This document shows, in pieces, positions 25,162-33,486 of a stretch of 33,486 nt of DNA. Location: assembly GCA_964508365.1 (NCBI GenBank), contig CAZDTP010000045.1, forward strand, positions 1-33,486, read 5' to 3'. The notes beneath the pieces were generated by a model. The model was not told where the DNA came from. It saw only the letters and a list, made by a program, of their open reading frames with translations, and did no database searches. Each line of letters opens with the position of its first letter. Position 1 is the first letter of the stretch. The position numbers and the translations under genes were made by a program. The DNA comes from an uncultured archaeon. GTDB taxonomy: Archaea; Asgardarchaeota; Lokiarchaeia; Sigyniarchaeales; SOKP01.

Positions 25162-26904
25162 ATGTCAAACCAAAATACTAATCCCTTAGACGGAGGAGAT
25201 TTAGTTGTGAAAAGCCTCCTTAAAGAGGGAATCACTAAAATTTTCGGTCTTGTTGGTGGAGAATTGTTAAGGATTTATGACGCTATAGAACGATATGGTC
25301 GAGAAGAAGGTATAGATACTGTAATGGTTCGCCACGAACAAGCTGCAGGCCACATGGCAGATGCTTGGGCGCGCGCTACTGGGAAATTAGGAGTTTGTTT
25401 AGGAACTGCAGGGCCAGGTGTCGCTCATCTTGTTCCAGCTGTGGCTGCAGCGTGGGCTGACTCAATCCCACTTCTTGTTATTGGGGCACAGATAGCAAGG
25501 ATGTTTGATGATACTGGTATTCTCCAGGGAGGCTTAGATCAAATGAAATTGATGGAACCGATTACAAAAGCACAGATATCAGTTGAAGATCCTTATGAAA
25601 TTCCTAAAGCAATACAAAAAGCTATTAAAGTTGCAATGTCAGGTCGAAGAGGTCCCGTTTTTCTAGAATTTCGAGAAACGGCTCTTGTAAGAAAAGCTTC
25701 TGAGGATGATCTTAAAAATATTTTAGAGCCTGAGCAATACAGACCCATTAATAGACCTATAGGAAATCCAGATTCGATTAAGGCTGCGATAGAAATTTTA
25801 AAAACTGCAAAAAATCCATTGATCGTTGCGGGAGGAGGAATTCACGCCTCAGATGCGTCTATCGAGCTTAAAAAATTATCTACAACATATAAAATTCCTT
25901 GCGGAACAAGCATAAACGGTGTTGGTGCTATTGATATTCGCAGTGAAACATATGTTGGGTCATATCTAGTTGCAAACGCATATCGGAAAGCAGTATCAGA
26001 AGCTGATGTCGTTATTTCGTTCGGTGCTAAATGGGATTATTCAATCCTATTCGGAGCTCCACCCATTTGGAATCCAAACGCGAAAGTTATTCAGAATGAT
26101 ATCGATCCAGAAATGATTGGTCGAAATAGAATAGTGTCTGTTGCTATTATTGGCGACGCTAAGGTCGTAATTAATCAATTGCTGGCAGAAATGGAACGAT
26201 CGCTTCCGAAAGAAAAGATTTCTGAATGGTCCGAATGGAATTCTTATCTTACAGATCTCAGAAAAAACGACGCCTTAGCGATTCAAAAATTGTTGAATTA
26301 TGATAAGCTTCCTATGAAACCAGAGCGCCTTGCTTACGAAGTATTGGATTCAATAAAAAATGATACTCAACTTGTCATCGATGGAGGAGACATCGCCGTT
26401 TTTACTTTTGGATTAATTAGTAATTTCCCTCGCGATCCAAGAACTCTTTATTTCCCATTATCGATGGGTCATCTAGGTACAGGTATCCCTTACGCTATAG
26501 GGGCTCAAATTGCGAATCCGGATAAACAAGTTGTTGTTATCAACGGAGATGGTAGTTTTATGTTCAATATTCAGGAACTTGATACGGCCGTTCGTCTAAA
26601 TTTACCCATCATTATTATTATTGCTAATAATTGCGCGTGGGGGATGATTAAAAGCAAGCAAAAAGGGGAATTTAAGAAAAGATATTGCGATGTAGATTTA
26701 CCACCAACCAATTATGCAAAAATAGCTAAAGGTTTCGGTTGTTATAGCGAAAAAATAGAGAAACCAGAGGATATTAAGCCTGCTATACAAAGAGCGATAG
26801 AATCTAAAAAACCAGCAGTTCTGGATGTAGATATTGCTTTTGAAACACCTATAGCGATGAAGGTAATCGGAAATCTTAAAAAAAACCGGGGATTGTACGG
26901 TTAA
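25162..26904 (+). CDS. ThDP-dependent enzyme of the AHAS superfamily, ILVBL/HACL-like
   Basis: RHEQAAGHMADAWAR, GDGSFMFN...NNCAWG ThDP motif, DGGDI motif. ATG 25162 preferred over TTG 25114. Confidence 0.88.
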   Translation: MSNQNTNPLDGGDLVVKSLLKEGITKIFGLVGGELLRIYDAIERYGREEGIDTVMVRHEQAAGHMADAWARATGKLGVCLGTAGPGVAHLVPAVAAAWADSIPLLVIGAQIARMFDDTGILQGGLDQMKLMEPITKAQISVEDPYEIPKAIQKAIKVAMSGRRGPVFLEFRETALVRKASEDDLKNILEPEQYRPINRPIGNPDSIKAAIEILKTAKNPLIVAGGGIHASDASIELKKLSTTYKIPCGTSINGVGAIDIRSETYVGSYLVANAYRKAVSEADVVISFGAKWDYSILFGAPPIWNPNAKVIQNDIDPEMIGRNRIVSVAIIGDAKVVINQLLAEMERSLPKEKISEWSEWNSYLTDLRKNDALAIQKLLNYDKLPMKPERLAYEVLDSIKNDTQLVIDGGDIAVFTFGLISNFPRDPRTLYFPLSMGHLGTGIPYAIGAQIANPDKQVVVINGDGSFMFNIQELDTAVRLNLPIIIIIANNCAWGMIKSKQKGEFKKRYCDVDLPPTNYAKIAKGFGCYSEKIEKPEDIKPAIQRAIESKKPAVLDVDIAFETPIAMKVIGNLKKNRGLYG

Positions 26905-27040
26905 TCCTTTTATATTATATTTTCTTAACTCCTTTTTTAATTTTTAAAGATTTTTAAATAACATTTAATTCAATGAAGAATAAAAATAATCTTAAAAACG
27001 CTCGTAAATTAAATTCTATAATTCTAAGAGGTAAAAATTT

Positions 27041-27844
27041 TTGTCAGAAGATATGTTTTTAGAAGGAAAGACAGCTCTAATTACTGGAGCGGGCAGTGGA
27101 TTTGGTCAAAAAATGGCAGTTGCTTTTGCTGCTAAAGGAGCAAATTTAGTCTTAAATGATATTAATGAATCTGGTCTAGAAGAAACGCGCGATTTAGTTT
27201 TGAAAGATTATAATACTCAGATTCTCTTAGTTAAAGCCGATGTTTCAAATTCTGAGGAAGTAAACGAGATGGCTAAAAAAACTTTTGAAACTTTCGATAA
27301 CGTCTTTTTACTTGTGAACAACGCTGGTATCGATGGAGGTCTTTACACTGCTTTAAAAGCAAAAGAAGAGGTTTATGACAAAGTATTTGCAATCAATGTT
27401 AAAGGCCCTTTAAATGTAACCAAGGCATTTTTTCGAAGAATGAAACGACAAAAGCAGTTTCATCCCATTTCAGGTAAAATTATTAACATTGCATCGACTG
27501 CAGGAACTCCAAATGGCCATAATCCTATGCTTGGGATTTATAGCGCAAGTAAAGCTGCGTTAATCGCATTTACGCGACTATTTGCACTTGAATTGGGTCC
27601 AAGTAACATAACCGTGAACGCTATAAGTCCCGGAGTATTCCTTACGCCTATTTATAACAATGATCCTAAATTAATTCGTCAATTTCTCGAAACAAGGAAA
27701 GTAAAGATTCCAATTGATAAGATAGGTGAAGCAAAATGGGTAGCTGACTTAGCAGTGTTTTTAGCATCTCCAACAGCAGATTATATCACTGGACAAAACC
27801 TAATTATTGATGGTGGAATGACAATTTCAATAAATAAGCTTTAA
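27041..27844 (+). CDS. Classical SDR oxidoreductase (FabG-like)
   Basis: TGAGSGFG, NNAG, YSASK, VNAISPG, ITGQNLIIDGG. Confidence 0.93.
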   Translation: MSEDMFLEGKTALITGAGSGFGQKMAVAFAAKGANLVLNDINESGLEETRDLVLKDYNTQILLVKADVSNSEEVNEMAKKTFETFDNVFLLVNNAGIDGGLYTALKAKEEVYDKVFAINVKGPLNVTKAFFRRMKRQKQFHPISGKIINIASTAGTPNGHNPMLGIYSASKAALIAFTRLFALELGPSNITVNAISPGVFLTPIYNNDPKLIRQFLETRKVKIPIDKIGEAKWVADLAVFLASPTADYITGQNLIIDGGMTISINKL

Positions 27845-28107
27845 ACGATATATTACTCTTCAATAATATTTCTTAAACTTTATTTTACTTAATATCTAAA
27901 TTTAATCATATTCTCTAAAACTAGTTAATCTATATCATAATTCAACATTTCTTCAATTTTCGAAGTAAATAATTTAATATTTTTTCAGTAAAAATTGTGT
28001 TGTTTTAATATATTTTTTCTAAATTGTTTTTGTAAGTGATTAAATCTTTAAAATATTGCTTATGGTGAAAGCTAACATGCCACACTCCCCAAATACTGTT
28101 CCGTAAG

Positions 28108-28126
28108 TTTCTCTTAATGAGAAACC
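28108..28126. terminator. Hairpin GTTTCTC-TTAAT-GAGAAAC between convergent genes
   Basis: 7-bp perfect stem, 17 nt past the DUF885 stop, with a T-rich run following on the + strand. Confidence 0.3.
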
Positions 28127-28142
28127 ATTATTCTTCTTTTTT

Positions 28143-29333
28143 TTATATTAAGTCTGAGGGGAGAGTTTGTTCAGTCAAAAGTCTATGAAAATCTTTTGGT
28201 GATGGTCGAACGCCATATTTTTCAGTGATAAGGCGCTCTCCTTGATATGCCATGATGTAAGGGGCCCATATCTTATCGGAAATAAATTTTAGGTGTGCCT
28301 TAATTATTGTGAAAGGAATTACTTTAAAGCTTTTTGCATATTCAATTAATTTTTTGTCGTCCCATTTATTTACATATTTATGATAAGCGAGATTACTTTC
28401 AAACCTCCTAAAACCCCTTCTAATTTCACTTTGGCCTATTAGAGAGTCCATAGAAGCTTCATTTATGGGAACGGGATGAATATCCTCTATCAATGACCTG
28501 ATACTTTCTGTGGGACTAAACATTACATTCTCAGCAGTTACTCCAATACCTTCTGAAATAACCATCTCAGGACTATAAATTAGTAGAATAGAACTCTCAA
28601 AGTAACCTTTCTTGCTATATAATAATTTTTCTCTTACTGCTCTTTCCGTGTGATGCCCGGGGTAACCCTCATGACAAGCAAAATATAATAAATGGGTCCA
28701 ATAATGATGTGAACTTACATTAACTTCAATTATAGAAGTATAATTTCCCTTATACCAGCAATACATATGCCAACTTTGATTTTCTACTTCACCTATTTCA
28801 ATTTTTTCATTATCTGGAAGCATTTTAGGAAATATTTCTTTCGTTCGCATTTTTGCCAGTTGTATAGCTTTCATATACAAATCTATTAAACTATCTGAAG
28901 GTATAGTTCTTTGGGTAGCAATCCTTTTTATTCGTTCAGAAAGTGTTCCTTTTCCTTTATACAATTCTTCTGCTTTTTTTGTTAAACCATAAAAAAAATT
29001 ATCATCGTATAAAACTGGTTCTAAATTAAATAAATTCTTAACTTGCTCTAAATATGGAATACTCTCTCCATTTAATTTTCTTAATATGGTTTTTATAGCT
29101 GTAAGAGTGCTATCAAGGAATAAATAACGCCTTTTTTCAAAATCTTGCTTTTGGAGCTTAGTTTTTAGACTTTTCCAGATATTAAGAAGCTTATTTGGAG
29201 ATAACAATTCTTCCGAATCTACAATTTTTTTAAGTTTGGGAGGCCCATAATAATGTTCAACATATCCATTGATATGTTTGTTGATCCGCAATCCTAATAA
29301 AATATAATCTTTAGCAAAATCATCTAATTCCAT
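28143..29333 (-). CDS. DUF885-like putative metallopeptidase
   Basis: CHEGYPGHHTE and a downstream SEGIG. ATG 29333 preferred over TTG 29348. Confidence 0.8.
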   Translation of the reverse strand: MELDDFAKDYILLGLRINKHINGYVEHYYGPPKLKKIVDSEELLSPNKLLNIWKSLKTKLQKQDFEKRRYLFLDSTLTAIKTILRKLNGESIPYLEQVKNLFNLEPVLYDDNFFYGLTKKAEELYKGKGTLSERIKRIATQRTIPSDSLIDLYMKAIQLAKMRTKEIFPKMLPDNEKIEIGEVENQSWHMYCWYKGNYTSIIEVNVSSHHYWTHLLYFACHEGYPGHHTERAVREKLLYSKKGYFESSILLIYSPEMVISEGIGVTAENVMFSPTESIRSLIEDIHPVPINEASMDSLIGQSEIRRGFRRFESNLAYHKYVNKWDDKKLIEYAKSFKVIPFTIIKAHLKFISDKIWAPYIMAYQGERLITEKYGVRPSPKDFHRLLTEQTLPSDLI

Positions 29334-29466
29334 ATTGAACAATCTCAAGATTTCATAGATAAAAAATAGATCAAAATATCAAAGTTACTCTTAATTATTA
29401 AAGTTTTTAAATAAAAATTTTAATTTTATTAATAAACTAATTACTTATGGTTCATAAAAATAAGTA

Positions 29467-30624
29467 CTATGTAAAAAACTTGAGTTTTAAATCCAAAACT
29501 ATCAAATCTGACTTAGGAGAAAACGGTTTAATAACCTTGGAGCTCAAGATTTCTTCGATATACCATCCACTATCTTTTAAATTAGTATTTAAATTTTCAA
29601 TTCCTTTTTTGACGGGATTTGGTTTTTCGCAGAATTGATAAAAATGTAATATTCCGCTTGATTTTTTCATCAAAAAACATGCGACATCAAGAAAATTAAT
29701 AGATTGTTCTGGTAAATTCATTATAATTCTGTCGATTTTATGTTTTAAATAATTTCCTAATTTGTTATCTTGATTCAAAAGCTCTTTAACATCCATATTA
29801 TGAGTGATTACCTCTCCTTTCATTTTGTTTATTTCAATATTTTCATTGAGGTATTTATAGGCAGATGGATTGACATCGAAGGCATAAATTTTCGCATCAT
29901 TATTTTTTGCTATTTGAATCGAGAATGGGCCAACTCCCGTAAACATATCTACAATAAATTCTTGTTTTTTGAAACTACTTGAACTTACACGCTTTCTTTC
30001 AAATACTAAACGGGGGGTGAAATAAGTTTTTTTTACATCTAATTTAAATAAACAGTCGTTTTCTTTATGAATTGTTTCTGGATTGTCATCACCATAGATA
30101 ACTTTTAACTCTTTTAATCTATATTTTCCCTTAACTTCACTCAATTTTTCGTAAACCGTTTCTACTGATTTATTTACTCTTACTAGCGCTTTAGCTACTT
30201 TTTTCTTATAAGATGAGACATTTTTATCGTTAATTGTGTTTAGTTGGTCGAATTCAACAATCGCAATCTTTCCAATAATATCGTAAGATTTTGGAATCAA
30301 TTCTAAAATATTTTTTGGTAATTCACCTTCGAGAGCTTCTTCTATTGAGCGACATTTGTAATTTACTTCGGCAATACCCTCAGCACTAACTATATTAAAA
30401 TTTATCTGATTTGAAATCCCTCTGATTAACGCTTTTACTTTTTCTGCATCATTAGTTATGGGAAAAAGCACAAAAGCGCCCTCGTGTTTAACTTTAATTC
30501 TTCTATCGAGGTAGGGTTCATTATATAATTTTGTTTTTAGTATTTTGAGGAATTTCTCAGCAGATTCCTGTTTAATCTTTACAAATTGTGTCCGTTCCTT
30601 TTTACTTCTACCCATTCCCATCAT
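29467..30624 (-). CDS. trm5: tRNA (guanine37-N1) methyltransferase Trm5 family
   Basis: PKSYDIIGKIAI, YFTPRLVFERKR, DMFTGVGPFSI, DRIIMNLP. Confidence 0.9.
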   Translation of the reverse strand: MMGMGRSKKERTQFVKIKQESAEKFLKILKTKLYNEPYLDRRIKVKHEGAFVLFPITNDAEKVKALIRGISNQINFNIVSAEGIAEVNYKCRSIEEALEGELPKNILELIPKSYDIIGKIAIVEFDQLNTINDKNVSSYKKKVAKALVRVNKSVETVYEKLSEVKGKYRLKELKVIYGDDNPETIHKENDCLFKLDVKKTYFTPRLVFERKRVSSSSFKKQEFIVDMFTGVGPFSIQIAKNNDAKIYAFDVNPSAYKYLNENIEINKMKGEVITHNMDVKELLNQDNKLGNYLKHKIDRIIMNLPEQSINFLDVACFLMKKSSGILHFYQFCEKPNPVKKGIENLNTNLKDSGWYIEEILSSKVIKPFSPKSDLIVLDLKLKFFT

Positions 30625-31039
30625 TACCTTTAAAAATAATTGAAAATCGTTCCTTGGAACTGGTTAAATTCTTAATAATTCTTCTATCCAGTTCGCTTGA
30701 GGATTTAGAACATTTTATTAAAATCGTTCTATCGCATATAAAATCACTTTTTCGAAAAACCATGTCTTTTTTGTTTAGCAAAGTTAAATTTTTATCACCA
30801 AAACCGTAAAAAGAATCAACATACTTGCCCGCTTTTATAATCACCGTGATTTTTTCTCCGTCTGTGATTTTTTTCTTTAGGAGCGGATTTACATCGTAGC
30901 AAGCTTTTGATGTATCTATTCCTAATATGCACGTTCCATTTTTCGTGAGATAAGTATCCTTAGTTAATTCAATAGTCGTGGTATGGGTGCATTGAATTAG
31001 CATGTGGCCTTTTGCTGTAATAGTATCTAATATAGTCAT
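30608..31039 (-). CDS. DUF371 family protein
   Basis: GHMLIQCTHTTTIELTKD, TCILGI, MVFRKSDF..DRT..I...K. Confidence 0.85.
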   Translation of the reverse strand: MTILDTITAKGHMLIQCTHTTTIELTKDTYLTKNGTCILGIDTSKACYDVNPLLKKKITDGEKITVIIKAGKYVDSFYGFGDKNLTLLNKKDMVFRKSDFICDRTILIKCSKSSSELDRRIIKNLTSSKERFSIIFKGNDGNG

Positions 31040-31042
31040 ATC

Positions 31043-32695
31043 CTATTTTTCCTTAAAAAAATGTAAAATATCTTTAATTTGGTTAAAAACAGAAAAATTT
31101 GATTTATACGCTCTTTTTAATATAACCTTTAACCCATAAATGAGGTGATTTTCTGGAAATTGTATTGATTCTTCAAATTGGTTCAGATAAAAATCAGGAA
31201 TTAGAAGTCCACATTTTTCATAAATAGTCGAAAATTTATCTACAAACTTTTCTGCTGTTTTAATAGAATTTTGATAGCTACCATCATTTGTGCCATATGT
31301 GGAACTTATTTCGTATTGCCCCAATGGAAAAGAATTAATTAGCTCGTACGGAATAATGCCGTAAATAATAGAGTAAAACACTAAATGGATCTGCTCTCTA
31401 TTAATTAAATTGTTGTTGTCTATTTCAGCTAACCATCGATTAATCGTAGGAGAAGTTTTACCCTTAACATCTAATTCAGGTAAAATGATAATATAATGAA
31501 CATCTTTAGGTGGACGATAATTAATTAATAATTTCTGTTCGTACCGATAAATTAAAGGTCTTTCTATGCTCTCTTTAGATGCGTAAAGTCTTCCATGGCT
31601 TTTATAAATTTTCTCATAAACTTCGAAAAATGGTTTGTTTCTTTTTACTAAGCTTGCTGCTTTAACTAAACTGGGATGATTTCGGATTCTTTGTTCAACT
31701 AACTCCCAAATATTCCCTTCTCTAATCGCTTGTCTAATAGTTTTCAATTCTGAGAATGATAAATATAAATTATGCTTAGCAAGTAATTGGATTCTCAAAT
31801 CCTCTTCAAACTTCATAAGCTCGGTGGGTGTATATTTTACACAGATTGGGCAATGGCAAGGAAATTCTTCCAGTTCCTCGAGTTTCCTAGTGCCTGTGGA
31901 TAAGGTAAAATAACGATTTTCATTAGCAAACAATGCATACGCTGCCGAATCCATTAAATCACAACCGCACGCTACAGCTAATGAAAAATATTGTGGTAAT
32001 CCTAACCCAAACATATGAACTGGTTTGTTAGGAATAATGTTCTGTTTTACGGTTAATAACATTTGTGTGGTGAGGTCAAATCTGTAATTTAAAAATGCTT
32101 TTACAATTCCTCCAACTGCGTAGATTCCAAAATCTAGTTTGCTCATTTCAATTGTGCTTTCTTTCAACAAATCGAAATGCGTTCCTCCGTGTATCGGGCC
32201 AAACCAATAACAATCCGGCCGAGACCTCCTCGAGATATTATCCTTTGCCCTCTCAATAGTTGTATTAACTTTTTCTTTTGCGATTTCGTAAATATCTTCT
32301 AACTGTACTGGAATATCTAATATCACCGCGAAGTCTGAGCCAATGTCTTCTTGAAATCTTTCTATGGTAGTAGTATCAATATCAAAAGAGTCTTTATTAT
32401 ACATGTATTGTTGAAACGCTCCACTATCTGTTGCAATTATTCCATCGTAATCCAAATGCTTATGGAGTCCTTTCTGGAGAATCTGAGCTCTTAATTTTTC
32501 ATTTTTATAAATAATGTATGCATTGGTGAAGAGACATTGTGCTCCGAATGTTTTTAGATCTTTTGGTGCGATAATATTTCTGGAGGGATGTATTACTGGA
32601 AATAGATTGGGAGTAATCATCTCTTTACCGTTCAAACTGATTCGTCCTAATCTTGCTATTGCATCAACATCTTCTATTTCAAATTTCATGTTCAT
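31043..32695 (-). CDS. tgtA: Archaeosine tRNA-guanine(15) transglycosylase (ArcTGT)
   Basis: TPNLFPVI, ATDSGAFQ, GPIHGG, PVHMFGLG, DLMDSAAY, Zn site CHCPIC...HN. Confidence 0.93.
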   Translation of the reverse strand: MNMKFEIEDVDAIARLGRISLNGKEMITPNLFPVIHPSRNIIAPKDLKTFGAQCLFTNAYIIYKNEKLRAQILQKGLHKHLDYDGIIATDSGAFQQYMYNKDSFDIDTTTIERFQEDIGSDFAVILDIPVQLEDIYEIAKEKVNTTIERAKDNISRRSRPDCYWFGPIHGGTHFDLLKESTIEMSKLDFGIYAVGGIVKAFLNYRFDLTTQMLLTVKQNIIPNKPVHMFGLGLPQYFSLAVACGCDLMDSAAYALFANENRYFTLSTGTRKLEELEEFPCHCPICVKYTPTELMKFEEDLRIQLLAKHNLYLSFSELKTIRQAIREGNIWELVEQRIRNHPSLVKAASLVKRNKPFFEVYEKIYKSHGRLYASKESIERPLIYRYEQKLLINYRPPKDVHYIIILPELDVKGKTSPTINRWLAEIDNNNLINREQIHLVFYSIIYGIIPYELINSFPLGQYEISSTYGTNDGSYQNSIKTAEKFVDKFSTIYEKCGLLIPDFYLNQFEESIQFPENHLIYGLKVILKRAYKSNFSVFNQIKDILHFFKEK

Positions 32696-32715
32696 CCTCT
32701 TTTAATCTGGATTTG

Positions 32716-33309
32716 CTAATCAAAAAATTGCTGCAAACGATCCTCTTGAGATAATTTTTCTAGCCAATCAATATTTCCGATGACATATTCATTCACATCA
32801 ACTCTTCCCGTAAGAATTCCTATTATTGTTTTAGTAATTACTTTAATATTTTTTTTTGTAGTATCGATTTCCAGTATAGTTTTTTCCAATTGTTTATTCA
32901 AGAAATAATTTGCAGAGTTTCCTAAAATTTCAGATTGGACATTTTCTCTAATTTTTTCCATTTTATAACCCCTTTCCTTTAACCTAATATATAATTCATC
33001 GGGATCACATCTTAAAATTATAACGAAATCGATATATTGTTGGGGTACAATGTCAGAAAAATGGCTCTCGATAATTAGATATTCTAGATCTAGTTTGTTG
33101 TAACATTCTATTAACTTTATTACATAGCGAATTAATTCTTTTTCGTTAATAACCGATGTTTCTCTTTCTTTATCATAGTTTATTATTAACTTCTCTGAAA
33201 TTGCTAATTCGTTTAAGCTAATTACTTTAGCTTTTAAGTATTTTAATAGATTTTTTGAAACTGTTGTCTTACCGGTTCCCGGAGTTCCAGAAATGATTAA
33301 AATTTTCAT
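32716..33309 (-). CDS. Adenylate kinase 6 / Fap7-like nucleoside monophosphate kinase
   Basis: GTPGTGKTT, IIESH, LRCDPDELYIRLKERGY, ENVQSE. ATG 33309 (MKILIISG) preferred over 33417. Confidence 0.9.
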   Translation of the reverse strand: MKILIISGTPGTGKTTVSKNLLKYLKAKVISLNELAISEKLIINYDKERETSVINEKELIRYVIKLIECYNKLDLEYLIIESHFSDIVPQQYIDFVIILRCDPDELYIRLKERGYKMEKIRENVQSEILGNSANYFLNKQLEKTILEIDTTKKNIKVITKTIIGILTGRVDVNEYVIGNIDWLEKLSQEDRLQQFFD

Positions 33310-33382
33310 TTTTAAATAATTAGAATCATCGATAAAATATAAAAATAGTAATCTAATAAATAAAAAAAACTTAATAAGAACC

Positions 33383-33409
33383 TTGTTGGAAGAAAGCTTT
33401 GTTGGAAGA
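33383..33409. repeat. Tandem 11-bp direct repeat TTGTTGGAAGA, 16-bp period
   Basis: Exact copies at 33383-33393 and 33399-33409. Confidence 0.8.
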
Positions 33410-33433
33410 GCATTCATTTAAGATAATTTTTAA

Positions 33434-33486
33434 TGGGAAAGGGGGGCTTCGAACCCCCGACCTCACGGTTATCAGCCGTGCGCTAT
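33434..33486 (-). tRNA. tRNA-Ile(GAU), 3' two-thirds; 5' end lies beyond the window
   Basis: Minus strand reads CACGG-CTGATAA-CCGTG, AGGTC, GGGGG-TTCGAAG-CCCCC, CTTTCCC-A. Anticodon at 33473-33471; CCA not encoded. Confidence 0.93.

Noticed and set aside
1500-32705. Short overlapping ORFs from the track (1500-1955, 3598-3852, 4363-4575, 6419-6667, 7269-7478, 8402-8707, 10782-11012, 13943-14140, 14356-14577, 17448-17684, 18234-18434, 20737-20928, 23404-23601, 24668-24853, 29447-29638, 29770-29982, 30588-30809, 32514-32705)
   Set aside because: They lie antisense or out of frame within better-supported genes and show no recognisable motifs; treated as shadow ORFs.
33481-33486. Possible D-arm intron in tRNA-Ile (ATAGCG instead of the usual AGAGCG)
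   Set aside because: The sequence is cut by the window edge; this cannot be evaluated.
1-33486. CRISPR array, transposase or selenoprotein (in-frame TGA) signals
   Set aside because: No regularly spaced repeats, no DDE/TnpB motifs and no conserved-domain interruption by TGA were found.

Overview
AT-rich archaeal chromosomal window, gene-dense and mostly housekeeping. Its content points to an Asgard archaeon, most likely Lokiarchaeia (inference from rpl15e, rnp2/rnp3, tgtA, trm5, aRqc2, a roadblock protein, a longin/uDENN protein and an EMC6/OPTI-like protein). I support 34 protein genes plus one putative leader peptide. There is no integrase, transposase or CRISPR array. The ORF track misses several features: a tRNA-Arg(UCU) split by two non-canonical BHB introns, a box C/D sRNA with two K-turns, a partial tRNA-Ile(GAU) at the right edge, a two-Trp leader ORF before trpB2, and a probable ATA start for rnp2. 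The most interesting protein signal is a set of candidate small-GTPase regulators within about 10 kb. These are an NPRL2/FLCN/SMCR8-like longin protein that keeps the arginine-finger position, a pair of overlapping ~800-aa helical proteins (one possibly longin-headed), and a divergent roadblock gene. All family calls come from motif recognition by eye; no searches were run.
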